Of a stretch of 15,834 nt of DNA, positions 7,038 to 15,834 are shown one piece after another. The stretch is from Promethearchaeota archaeon. Its GTDB lineage: Archaea > Asgardarchaeota > Lokiarchaeia > Sigyniarchaeales > SOKP01. Within the stretch, counting starts at the first letter, position 1; every line of letters starts with the position of its first letter. The stretch is taken from NCBI GenBank assembly GCA_048941015.1, contig JBHLNZ010000066.1, forward strand, positions 1-15,834. The letters are read 5' to 3'. The notes beneath the pieces are model-generated. The model saw nothing but the letters and a program-made list of their open reading frames with translations. It was not told the DNA's origin and made no database searches. The position numbers and the translations under genes were made by a program.

Positions 7038-8222
7038 ATGAATTCTTTTACTTTAGACCACGTCAATAATTTCGTTTTAAAAAAAAATCATTTAACTAAC
7101 GATTCTAAAACTGAGAATATTCTTCAAATTGTAGAAGATTTATGCGGATTACACGCAACCGGTACTTTAGAACCTTATATTCAACTTTTTATAAGAAGTA
7201 ATAATTTTGAAAAGCAAGATTTAAATCGAGAACTCTACGAGAAAAATTCTTTAGGAAGAATACGAGGAATGCGAAAGACTTTGTTTATAGAAGTGAAAGA
7301 AATGATACCAATCGTATATAATGCCGTTAAATATTTAACAGATAGTCTCGAAAAGAAGTACTTAGAATACCGAAATGTCTCAATAGAAGAATATAAAAAA
7401 ATATCAACAGAAATCTTAAACTTATTAAACCAAAATGAAATGTCCACGTCTCAAATAAAGAAAACATTAAACTCTCAAAAGAATATCTCTGCAATTGTAT
7501 CAGTAATGTGTGATAGAATGGAATTAATACGAGGAAGACCCTTAAAAAGTTGGAAGGATCGAAGACTCCTTTATGCTCCTTTTAAAAAATATTTTCCTAA
7601 TATGGATCTTGGAAAATATACAGAAGAACAAGCTTTAGAACTTCTAATTCATAAGTATATTAAAACATATGGTCCATGTACAGAAAATGATATTGTTTGG
7701 TGGACTGGAATAACTAAAGGAAAAGTTAATAATGCTCTTCATAATTTAACAAGTAATATTCAAAAAGTTCACATCGAAACTCTGAACCATATATTCTATA
7801 TAAACAATATTGATATCAACAAACTAAACAATAATATTTCAATACATCAGAGTCATGTTAACTTATTGCCAATTCTTGATCCTTATGTTATGGGATACAA
7901 AAATAGAGAGAGATATATTCAATCAAAGAACTATGGTTATATCTTTGATAGAAGTGGTAATGCAACATCTACTATTTTATTAAATGGAAGAATTATTGGT
8001 GTCTGGGATATTTTAGAGAAACCTTATCCTAAGATTAAGCTTCTTCTCTTTGATTTTGTAGAAAAACAAATATTAGAAAAGATAAAGAAAGAAGCTAAAT
8101 GTATAGGAAGATTTATTATAGGGGACGATGTGCAAATAACAGAATGCGAAAGAATGCTTCCTTTATCTAAAAGAACAGCTGGAGGCTTTATGACACCTTT
8201 AAAGGATTCAGAGACTATGTAG
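7038..8222 (+). CDS. AlkZ/YcaQ (HTH_42) family winged-helix DNA glycosylase-like protein
   Basis: GLHAT, RGMRKTL, YIKTYGPCTENDIVWWTG, LLPILDPYVMGYKNR and ILLNGRIIGVW motifs, and a length of 394 aa. Confidence 0.85.
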   Translation: MNSFTLDHVNNFVLKKNHLTNDSKTENILQIVEDLCGLHATGTLEPYIQLFIRSNNFEKQDLNRELYEKNSLGRIRGMRKTLFIEVKEMIPIVYNAVKYLTDSLEKKYLEYRNVSIEEYKKISTEILNLLNQNEMSTSQIKKTLNSQKNISAIVSVMCDRMELIRGRPLKSWKDRRLLYAPFKKYFPNMDLGKYTEEQALELLIHKYIKTYGPCTENDIVWWTGITKGKVNNALHNLTSNIQKVHIETLNHIFYINNIDINKLNNNISIHQSHVNLLPILDPYVMGYKNRERYIQSKNYGYIFDRSGNATSTILLNGRIIGVWDILEKPYPKIKLLLFDFVEKQILEKIKKEAKCIGRFIIGDDVQITECERMLPLSKRTAGGFMTPLKDSETM

Positions 8223-8308
8223 TAAAAAGTGAGAATAAATTAACAATTTTAAATTATCTAAATAAAGAAAATTCAATAAAAAAGTAAAAGAAAATAAAAA
8301 TTAGTTTT

Positions 8309-8428
8309 TTAACCTTGAGATTCTGCTATAATATCCCCAAATACCCTTTTAACTGCTTCGATTCTTGTCTCTTCCCCAATTTGTTCGTTCCAATTATTAC
8401 GTACAATCGAAAAGCCAAAAATGGATAA
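8309..8428 (-). pseudogene. Possible orphan 3' gene fragment
   Basis: 39 sense codons (LSIFGFSIVRNNWNEQIGEETRIEAVKRVFGDIIAESQG*) with protein-like composition but no ATG/GTG/TTG start. Confidence 0.25.
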
Positions 8429-8705
8429 TTAATGGATATGAAAGTTATGCCTATATTTAGAATCTAATTCTTTATTTGGTAATTTCCTAAGTTCTGTTAG
8501 AATAAAAACTTTAAGGATAACTATGTTACATAAAAAGAAATAATTAAAATGTGATATGGTAATACTTCAAGAGATATAGTTTGACTTAGTTGATGATCCG
8601 ATTGCGGAAAGATTTTAGTTTTCTCATTCATTAATTTCTTTTAGAAGGCCTATATTAGAACCTAAAAATCCATTTATACTTATTATTAATGATAATAGTA
8701 TAAGA

Positions 8706-9728
8706 TTATCTATTTTTATATTGTCTCTCATAATATTTTAAATACTCTTTAGTTATTACATTTTCTAACCACTTTGTATTAGAAATATACCATTCAACAG
8801 TCATTTTTAATCCCTTTTCAAAATCTACTTCAGGTTTCCAATGTAACTCTTTTGTTATTTTATCGTGATTCATTGCGTATCTTAAATCATGACCTGGTCT
8901 ATCTTTTACAAATTTTATTAATGATTGGGGTTTATCTAAAAATTTTAATAACTTATCAACCAATTTAATATTAGCAATCTCTGAATCTCCTCCTATATTG
9001 TAAATCTCTCCAATTCTTCCTTCTATTAATACTTTTAGAATAGCTTTGCAATGATCTTCTACGTAAAGCCAATCTCTCACATTAATTCCTTTACCATAAA
9101 CGGGTAAACTTTTGTTGTTCAAAGCATTGTTAATCATTAGGGGTATCAATTTTTCTGGGAATTGGAAAGGTCCATAGTTATTTGAACAACGAGTAATATT
9201 TACAGGAAGGTTAAAACTCTTGTAATATGACCTCACTAAAAGATCGGCAGAAGCTTTACTTGCAGAATAAGGACTATTCGGTGCTAATTGATGATTCTCG
9301 TCAAAAGGAGGATCAGTAAAGTTTAAAGATCCATAAACCTCGTCCGTAGATATTTGAAGATATTTCTTAATATTATTTTTTTTCGCAGAGTTTAATAAAC
9401 TTATTGTCCCTGATATATTTGTATCACAAAACAAAGAAGGATTATTAATTGAACGATCAACATGGGATTCCGCAGCAAAATTTATGATATAATCTATATC
9501 GTTCTTGCGAATGATCTCATCAACAGCCTTAAAATCACATATATCCATTTTAATGAATTTGTATTGATTAGGGTGCTTTTCTTCAATATCTTTCAGATTT
9601 TCAGGATTTCCCGCATATGTTAATTTATCTACATTAATAACTTTAAAATCTACATTAGATTCGAATAGATATCTTATAAAATTACTTCCGATAAATCCCA
9701 TCCCGCCAGTAACAAGACAGATTTTCAT
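8706..9728 (-). CDS. rfbB: dTDP-glucose 4,6-dehydratase
   Basis: VTGGMGFIGSNF, DKLTYAGN, FAAESHVDRSI, STDEVYG, PYSASKA, NNYGPFQFPEKLIP and DRPGHDLRY. Confidence 0.97.
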   Translation of the reverse strand: MKICLVTGGMGFIGSNFIRYLFESNVDFKVINVDKLTYAGNPENLKDIEEKHPNQYKFIKMDICDFKAVDEIIRKNDIDYIINFAAESHVDRSINNPSLFCDTNISGTISLLNSAKKNNIKKYLQISTDEVYGSLNFTDPPFDENHQLAPNSPYSASKASADLLVRSYYKSFNLPVNITRCSNNYGPFQFPEKLIPLMINNALNNKSLPVYGKGINVRDWLYVEDHCKAILKVLIEGRIGEIYNIGGDSEIANIKLVDKLLKFLDKPQSLIKFVKDRPGHDLRYAMNHDKITKELHWKPEVDFEKGLKMTVEWYISNTKWLENVITKEYLKYYERQYKNR

Positions 9729-10044
9729 AATATCATTGACTCATTAAATTAATTTATTGCTATTAATATTGCTTCAATTTAATTTCCTAAAGCATATAAA
9801 ATTATAATCAAAGGTTTTTCTTAACACTTATTAATGACTTAAAGGAATAATATTATCATTTTAACCATATTATTTCTTTTAATCAGTTGCTATGCACTTA
9901 TATTAGCGCAAGTGATAATTTCTCCGATAATTAGGATACTTGTATTTCTGGTAAATTCCGTGGTCACTCCCACTTATATCATCTTTTAATTATAGTTGTT
10001 TTTAAAATGAGAATTTTTTTTTAAAGCTATTATTTTTGTTATTC

Positions 10045-10911
10045 TTATTCGTCGGAAATCCTTTTTAGGTACTTCCCATAATCTGTGTTTGATATGGTAT
10101 CTGCGATCTTTTGCATATCTTGTCGAGTAATATATCCTTTATTATAAGCAATCTCTTCGATACATGCGATATATAGGCCTTGTCGTTTCTGTATTGTTCC
10201 CACAAAATTGGAAGCTTCAAGTAATCCATCATATGTTCCCGTGTCAAGCCAAGCGAATCCTCTTCCTAAGAGTTGTACTCGCAATTTCTCCTTTTTAAGG
10301 TATTCTTTAAGCAAATCAGTTATTTCAAGCTCCCCTCTTGGTGATGGTTCTAAACCCTTTGCAATATCTACAACCTCCTCGTCGCAAAAATAAAGCCCGG
10401 GAATGGCATAATTTGATTTTGGATTGTCTGGTTTCTCCTCCAAGGATATAACTTTTCCGTTTTTATCGAATTCAATAATCCCAAATTCTTCAGGATTATT
10501 AACATAATAACCAAAAATTACTGCTCCTTCTTTTAACGAGGATGCTTCGATTAATACAGGTGTGAAACCTTGACCAAAAAAAACATTATCACCAAGAATA
10601 AGAGCAACCTTTTCATCAGCAATAAATTTTTCGCCAACAATAAAAGAATCTGGCAGCCCACGAGGTTCAGATTGAATCTTATAAATAAATTTAAGACCCA
10701 CCTTACTTCCGTCTCCCAGAATCATTTTGTAATAATTTATATGCTGTGGTGTTGAAATAATAAGAATTTCTCTAATACCAGCAAGCATTAGCACAGATAA
10801 CGGGTAATAGATCATCGGTTTGTCATAAATAGGAATAAGATGTTTACTTATTGTTTGTGTAATCGGATAAAGCCTAGAGCCACTTCCTCCTGCTAAGATG
10901 ATTCCTTTCAT
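10045..10911 (-). CDS. rfbA: Glucose-1-phosphate thymidylyltransferase
   Basis: MKGIILAGGSGSRLYP, PIYDKPMIYYPLS, EEKP, PSPRGELEITD and GRGFAWLDTGT. AGGTGG RBS upstream. Confidence 0.97.
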   Translation of the reverse strand: MKGIILAGGSGSRLYPITQTISKHLIPIYDKPMIYYPLSVLMLAGIREILIISTPQHINYYKMILGDGSKVGLKFIYKIQSEPRGLPDSFIVGEKFIADEKVALILGDNVFFGQGFTPVLIEASSLKEGAVIFGYYVNNPEEFGIIEFDKNGKVISLEEKPDNPKSNYAIPGLYFCDEEVVDIAKGLEPSPRGELEITDLLKEYLKKEKLRVQLLGRGFAWLDTGTYDGLLEASNFVGTIQKRQGLYIACIEEIAYNKGYITRQDMQKIADTISNTDYGKYLKRISDE

Positions 10912-11212
10912 ATTCCACCTTCTGATAAATTACAATTCCAGCTAATTTTTCACTTTTTATAGAAATTAAAGGTTTTATAACTTTTAAATTAGATTATGAT
11001 TCATAATTTTTGACTCCATATTTTATTTTCTCTAATATGTTTGGTAAAATGATAATAGGGGATTTCCAACCAATTGAAGTTATATATCTGTAAACTCATT
11101 ATGGAACTTGAATAGGAGAAGATCATTCCATCTTAAGAGTTTCTTGATTGATCAAAGTTTTTAAATTAGCTAAATCTAGATTATATAAAAAAGATTAAAT
11201 GGTTTATAATTC

Positions 11213-12346
11213 TTGAAAAGTATTCAACCTTTTAAAAAGCCAATTTACATCACGAGACCATTATTACCACCAATCAAATTGGTTTATAAAAAGTTAAAAG
11301 AAATCTGGAATTCTAAATGGTTAACAAATATGGGAAACCAACATCAAGAATTAGAATCTGCATTAATGGAATATCTTAATGTTCCTTTTTTAAGCCTTTT
11401 TTGCAATGGAACATTAGCACTTCAAATAGCTTTTAAAGCACTTAAATTAAAGGGTGAAGTAATTACTACACCATTTACATTTCCTGCTACAGTGAATGCT
11501 TTATATCAAAATAATTTAGAACCTATTTATTGCGATATTAAATTTGATGATTTTAATTTAAATCCAGAAATGATTGAGGAATTAATTACATCAAAAACAT
11601 CAGCAATATTACCTGTACATGTTTTTGGTAATCCTTGTAATATAGAACAAATTTCAAAAATTGCAGAAGATTGCAATTTGAAAGTAGTTTATGATGCTGC
11701 TCATTGTTTTGGTGTTAAATATAACAATAAAGGAATTGGAAATTATGGTGATATAAGCATGTTCAGTTTTCATGCTACTAAGATATTTCATACTCTAGAG
11801 GGAGGTTGCCTTACTTACAATAACCAAGAATTTAAACAACAATTATCTCTCTTAAAAAATTTCGGAATTAAAAACGAAGAAGAAGTAATTCTTCCGGGAA
11901 CTAACGCTAAAATGAATGAGTTACAAGCAGCAATTGGACTCTTAAATCTAAACTTAGTTGAAATGGAAATTAAGAAGCGGAAGAATTTATCATCTATTTA
12001 TCGAGAAAATCTAAAAAACATTGAAGGGATTAAATTTTTCGATGAAAAAAAAGATGTTAAGCATAATTATCAATATTTTCCAATATTAATTAATGAGAGT
12101 GAATTTAAAGTTAATAGAGATTATGTTTACGAGTTTTTAAAAAAATATAATATTTTCTCCCGGAAATATTTTTATCCATTATGCACTGACTATAGCTTTT
12201 CAAAAAAAGAAGAAGAATACAAAATTCCAAATGCGAGAAAAATTGTGAATCAAATTTTATGCTTACCATTATATGGTGAATTAACAGGTGAAAATGTTGT
12301 GAAAATTTGTGATATACTGTTATATTTACAAAACAATTCGAATTAA
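11213..12346 (+). CDS. DegT/DnrJ/EryC1/StrS PLP aminotransferase, VioA-like (dTDP-4-amino-4,6-dideoxy-D-glucose transaminase)
   Basis: IYITRPLLP, NGTLAL, TTPFTFPAT, YDAAHCFG, SFHATKIFHTLEGG (PLP lysine), NAKMNE and RKYFYP. Confidence 0.9.
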   Translation: MKSIQPFKKPIYITRPLLPPIKLVYKKLKEIWNSKWLTNMGNQHQELESALMEYLNVPFLSLFCNGTLALQIAFKALKLKGEVITTPFTFPATVNALYQNNLEPIYCDIKFDDFNLNPEMIEELITSKTSAILPVHVFGNPCNIEQISKIAEDCNLKVVYDAAHCFGVKYNNKGIGNYGDISMFSFHATKIFHTLEGGCLTYNNQEFKQQLSLLKNFGIKNEEEVILPGTNAKMNELQAAIGLLNLNLVEMEIKKRKNLSSIYRENLKNIEGIKFFDEKKDVKHNYQYFPILINESEFKVNRDYVYEFLKKYNIFSRKYFYPLCTDYSFSKKEEEYKIPNARKIVNQILCLPLYGELTGENVVKICDILLYLQNNSN

Positions 12347-12382
12347 ATTAAAATCGAATCTAAAAATTGGAAATAGAATAAA

Positions 12383-13084
12383 ATGCCTATGAAACTTGGG
12401 ATAATGCAACCGTATTATTGTCCATATATTGGCTATTGGCAGTTAATGAATGCAGTAGATGAATTTGTTGTATATGATAATATTAAATATACAAAAAGGG
12501 GATGGATTAACAGAAATCGTTTCTTACAAAATGGTAATGACGCTTTCTTTACTATTAACTTGAAAAAAGATTCAGATTTTCTAGACATAAAAGATAGGAT
12601 AATATCTAATACATTCGATAAAAAAAAAATGCTTCATTTATTTGAACTATCATATAGAAAAGCCCCATTCTTCAATGAGACAATATCGTTGTTTAAAAGT
12701 ATTTTATTCTATGATGAGACAAACCTTTTTAAATATATTTATCATTCAATAAAAAAAATCCGCAAATTTTTAGCTATTGAAACAAAACTGATAATATCTT
12801 CAGAAATTGATATAAACCATAATTTAAAATCTCAAGATAAAGTTTTAGCGATTTGTAATAATCTTAGAGCAACAGAATATATAAATCCAATCGGAGGGTT
12901 AGAGCTTTACTCAAAAGAAACATTTAATAAGCAAGGAATTGAATTAAAATTTATAAAATCAAAACCAATTGAATATACACAATTCAAAAATGAATTTATT
13001 CCATGGTTGTCTGTTATAGATGTAATGATGTTTAATTCAAAAGAAGATATTTATAAATTTTTAAACCAGTATGAATTAAAATAG
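12383..13084 (+). CDS. WbqC-family protein (putative glycyl transfer to an amino sugar)
   Basis: IMQPYxxPYIGYWQL, YDNIKYTKRGWINRNR, YINPIGGLELY and F.PWLSVIDVMMFN. Confidence 0.92.
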   Translation: MPMKLGIMQPYYCPYIGYWQLMNAVDEFVVYDNIKYTKRGWINRNRFLQNGNDAFFTINLKKDSDFLDIKDRIISNTFDKKKMLHLFELSYRKAPFFNETISLFKSILFYDETNLFKYIYHSIKKIRKFLAIETKLIISSEIDINHNLKSQDKVLAICNNLRATEYINPIGGLELYSKETFNKQGIELKFIKSKPIEYTQFKNEFIPWLSVIDVMMFNSKEDIYKFLNQYELK

Positions 13085-13094
13085 CACTTATAAC

Positions 13095-13538
13095 ATGAAT
13101 ATTGAATATAAAATCGGAGTGGGTTCTCAGAATGAAATTTACCTTCACTTATTAGATTGTGACAAATTTTTTATTCCAAAGCTAAGTGAAAAGATTAATA
13201 TTTCTGAATATTCAGAAAAAATATTTAATAAAGCAATTAATTTTGAAGCTTGGGATAATGAGAGATTAATTGGCTTGTTGTCAATGTATATTAACGAGGA
13301 AGACACTTCATTTGGATATATAACAAATATTAGTATCATAAATGAATATAAAAATAGAGGAATTGCATCAAATTTATTAAAAAAGTGTATTAAATATTCA
13401 AAGGACATTAATCTCAATTGGATTAGTTTAAAAGTAGATACAAAAAATGTTTCAGCGGTTAATTTATATAATAAGTTCAATTTTATTAAAGAAAAACATA
13501 AAAATTCTTCAAGTTTTTTAAAGTTAGAATTAATTTAG
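13095..13538 (+). CDS. GNAT-family N-acetyltransferase
   Basis: YITNISIINEYKNRGIASNLL (acetyl-CoA motif A) and NVSAVNLYNKFNF. Confidence 0.88.
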   Translation: MNIEYKIGVGSQNEIYLHLLDCDKFFIPKLSEKINISEYSEKIFNKAINFEAWDNERLIGLLSMYINEEDTSFGYITNISIINEYKNRGIASNLLKKCIKYSKDINLNWISLKVDTKNVSAVNLYNKFNFIKEKHKNSSSFLKLELI

Positions 13539-13549
13539 GATAATTAATA

Positions 13550-14509
13550 ATGTTTAGTTGGAGAAAATTAGGTAGAATTTTTAACCCCGCAGATGTGAAG
13601 GGTAAGTTTTGGCTGAATGAGTATTCACAAGCTCCAGCTACATTGATATTTGATAATTACGTAAGAGTTTATTTTAGTTGTCGTTCTAAACGAGATAAAT
13701 TAGGACAAATGGTAAGTTACTCCGCCTATGTAGATTTAGATAGAAAAAATCTATTCAATATTTTAAATATTGCCCAAGAACCTGTTCTTAAACTTGGAAA
13801 GAGGGGTTGTTTTGATGAGTTTGGTACTTTTTCAATGTCAGTTATAAAAAAAAATAATGAGGTATGGGGATATTATGCAGGTATGACTAGATGTGAATCA
13901 GTTCCATTTAATACCGCAATTGGTGTAGGGATAAGTAGAAATGGTGGAGTAAAATTTGATAAACTGGGAGATGGACCAATTTTATCCTATTCTCCAGACG
14001 AACCATTTATTATTAGCGGACCTAAGATACGTAATTTTAAGGACCATTATTACTTATTTTATCTTTGTGGTCGTAAGTGGTTATTAGTAAATGGAAATCC
14101 TGAAATGTTAGTGAAAATTCGAATGGCTAAATCAACCGACGGATTAACTTGGGTAAAAAATAATAGAAATCTTATCTCAGACGAAATTGACAAAAATGAG
14201 TGCCAAGCAAGTCCGGATGTATTCTATAAAAACAGGAAATATCATATGTTTTTCTGTTATTGGAATCCTACTACATTTAGAGAGAGTAAATCAAGAAAAA
14301 TTGGATATGCTTATTCAGATGACTTGATCAATTGGACTAGAAATGATTTTAAAGCGGGAATTGATGTATCAGAGGAAGGCTGGGATTCTGAAATGGTAGC
14401 TTACCCCCATGTATTTGAATTAGATGGTAAAATTTATATGCTTTATCTTGGCAATGAAGTCGGACGTTATGGATTTGGATTAGCTGAACTCGTAGGTGAA
14501 CTCAAATAA
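13550..14509 (+). CDS. Five-bladed beta-propeller, glycoside hydrolase-like protein (paralog 1)
   Basis: Repeated blade motifs such as SxDGLxW, AYSDDLINW and WDSEMVAYPHV, resembling GH32/43/130-type propellers. No signal peptide visible. Confidence 0.72.
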   Translation: MFSWRKLGRIFNPADVKGKFWLNEYSQAPATLIFDNYVRVYFSCRSKRDKLGQMVSYSAYVDLDRKNLFNILNIAQEPVLKLGKRGCFDEFGTFSMSVIKKNNEVWGYYAGMTRCESVPFNTAIGVGISRNGGVKFDKLGDGPILSYSPDEPFIISGPKIRNFKDHYYLFYLCGRKWLLVNGNPEMLVKIRMAKSTDGLTWVKNNRNLISDEIDKNECQASPDVFYKNRKYHMFFCYWNPTTFRESKSRKIGYAYSDDLINWTRNDFKAGIDVSEEGWDSEMVAYPHVFELDGKIYMLYLGNEVGRYGFGLAELVGELK

Positions 14510-15477
14510 TGAACTGGAAAAAATTAGGAAAAATATTTGATCCTTTAGCCTATGAGCTATCAAGCAAATACTTTGGATTTGCTCAATCACCTCAAGCAAT
14601 AGTCTTTGATGATTTTATAAGAATTTATTTCTCAATAAGGAAATTGGATTTAAAAAACAAATTTATTAGTCATATAGAATTTGTGGATATGAGTTTGGAC
14701 TTCAAAACTGTTTTAAATACATCAAAAAGAGAAGTAATTTCTGTTGGTGAATTGGGATGTTTTGATGAACATGGTATCTTTCCATTTAGTCCAGTTAGAA
14801 TAAATGATATGATTTACGCGTATACAAGCGGTTGGTCAAGGAGAAAATCAGTTTCAATTGACAACAGTATTGGTCTTGCAATAAGTAAAGATAATGGTTT
14901 AACTTTTAAAAGATATGGTAATGGACCAGTGTTAACTTCATCACTATACGAACCTTTCTTAATTCTTGATGGGTTTGTACGAAAATTCAACAAAAAATTT
15001 TATATGTTTTACATTTTCGGACAGAAATGGTATAAAGATAATGAAATAGAAGAACCCGAAAGAGTTTATAAAATTGGATATGCAATTTCAAATGATGGTA
15101 TAAATTGGAAAAAGATGAATAGATGCATTATCGAAAATAAAATTGATGAAAATGAATCCCAAGCATTACCAACCGTTATAAAAATTGGCGAGCGTTATCA
15201 TATGTATTTCTGTTTTCGTCACATGATTGGTTTTAGAAAAGAAAGAGAAAAAGCATATCGTTTAGGATATGCTTATTCAGATGATTTAATTAATTGGATA
15301 AGAGATGATGATAACGTTGGAATTACTACAACACCGGGTGATTGGGATTCTTCTATGATGTGTTATCCAAATCTCGTTGAAGTTAATGGTAAAATTTATT
15401 TATTATATAATGGTAATGAGTTTGGTAAATTCGGTTTTGGAGCTGCAAAATTAATGGGAGTAGATAATGAAAGATAA
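14509..15477 (+). CDS. Five-bladed beta-propeller, glycoside hydrolase-like protein (paralog 2)
   Basis: Colinear with the upstream gene (WKKLGKIF, GCFDEHG, EPF, YHMYFC, GYAYSDDLINW, GFG). TAATG stop/start overlap. Confidence 0.72.
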   Translation: MNWKKLGKIFDPLAYELSSKYFGFAQSPQAIVFDDFIRIYFSIRKLDLKNKFISHIEFVDMSLDFKTVLNTSKREVISVGELGCFDEHGIFPFSPVRINDMIYAYTSGWSRRKSVSIDNSIGLAISKDNGLTFKRYGNGPVLTSSLYEPFLILDGFVRKFNKKFYMFYIFGQKWYKDNEIEEPERVYKIGYAISNDGINWKKMNRCIIENKIDENESQALPTVIKIGERYHMYFCFRHMIGFRKEREKAYRLGYAYSDDLINWIRDDDNVGITTTPGDWDSSMMCYPNLVEVNGKIYLLYNGNEFGKFGFGAAKLMGVDNER

Positions 15478-15759
15478 TTTAGGAAGAAAATATGCCCTCA
15501 GGCATAAGGAAGGATGCTATGTGTTTTTCTGTGTTATCCTTTTACTTATCTTGAAAATTGGTTAATAGAACAAAAACAATATAATAGGATTTTGATAAAA
15601 ATAATAATAAGTCTAATAGTATATGGAATTATAGCAAATCTCTTATTATTGAACCGAATGATATGTTTTTATTCTTATTGTACCTTATTATTATATCTAG
15701 TGTATTTCTAATTACTTATCTACTTAAATATAAATAATCAATAAATTTTCATACCAGAA

Positions 15760-15834
15760 CTAGAACTCAACTTTATCATCAATTTTTACGATTCGTCCGT
15801 GAGTATTAACATTATTATCACATATTAATTCAAT
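15760..15834 (-). CDS. 3' end of a gene entering from the right edge, possibly an SDR-family oxidoreductase
   Basis: Open frame IELICDNNVNTHGRIVKIDDKVEF* loosely resembles the SDR C-terminal pattern xxTGxxIxVD. Confidence 0.35.
   Translation of the reverse strand: MELICDNNVNTHGRIVKIDDKVEF

Noticed and set aside
9729-10044. Possible rmlC remnant or ncRNA in the rmlA-rmlB gap
   Set aside because: No recognisable coding remnant, and only a weak 5-bp inverted repeat.
6617-13480. Track ORFs 6617..6799, 7235..7447, 10065..10247, 10208..10393, 10570..10755 and 13145..13480
   Set aside because: Overlap confident genes on the opposite strand or in another frame, with no independent support.
15467-15711. 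Small ORFs after the second propeller gene (15467..15565, 32 aa with a GGAG upstream; track ORF 15514..15711)
   Set aside because: Short, AT-rich and without motifs. They could be remnants, but sequence alone cannot support a call.
1-15834. CRISPR array, tRNA/rRNA or IS element
   Set aside because: No regularly spaced repeats, GC-rich structured RNA, transposase or terminal inverted repeats seen by eye.

Overview
AT-rich archaeal window, most likely from an Asgard (Lokiarchaeia-like) genome; that assignment is an inference from the gene content and the SECIS type. The main signal is a hidden selenoprotein operon on the minus strand that the ORF track breaks up or misses. A 658-codon hdrA (5912..3936) has two in-frame UGA codons at conserved Cys-ligand positions. 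Fourteen nt downstream lies an mvhD/vhuD gene (3921..3460), absent from the ORF track, with two more in-frame UGA codons. It is followed by one eukaryote-type SECIS hairpin (AUGA...GA core, A-rich apical loop; 3453..3381). Downstream are a divergent FdhB/FrhB-family protein, a polyferredoxin and a universal stress protein. The middle of the window has a TIR-domain gene next to an AlkZ/YcaQ-family DNA glycosylase-like gene. The right half is a nucleotide-sugar cluster (rmlA, rmlB, vioA-like aminotransferase, WbqC, GNAT, two tandem beta-propeller paralogs) resembling the bacterial dTDP-Qui4N(GlyAc) pathway. Partial genes enter at both edges.
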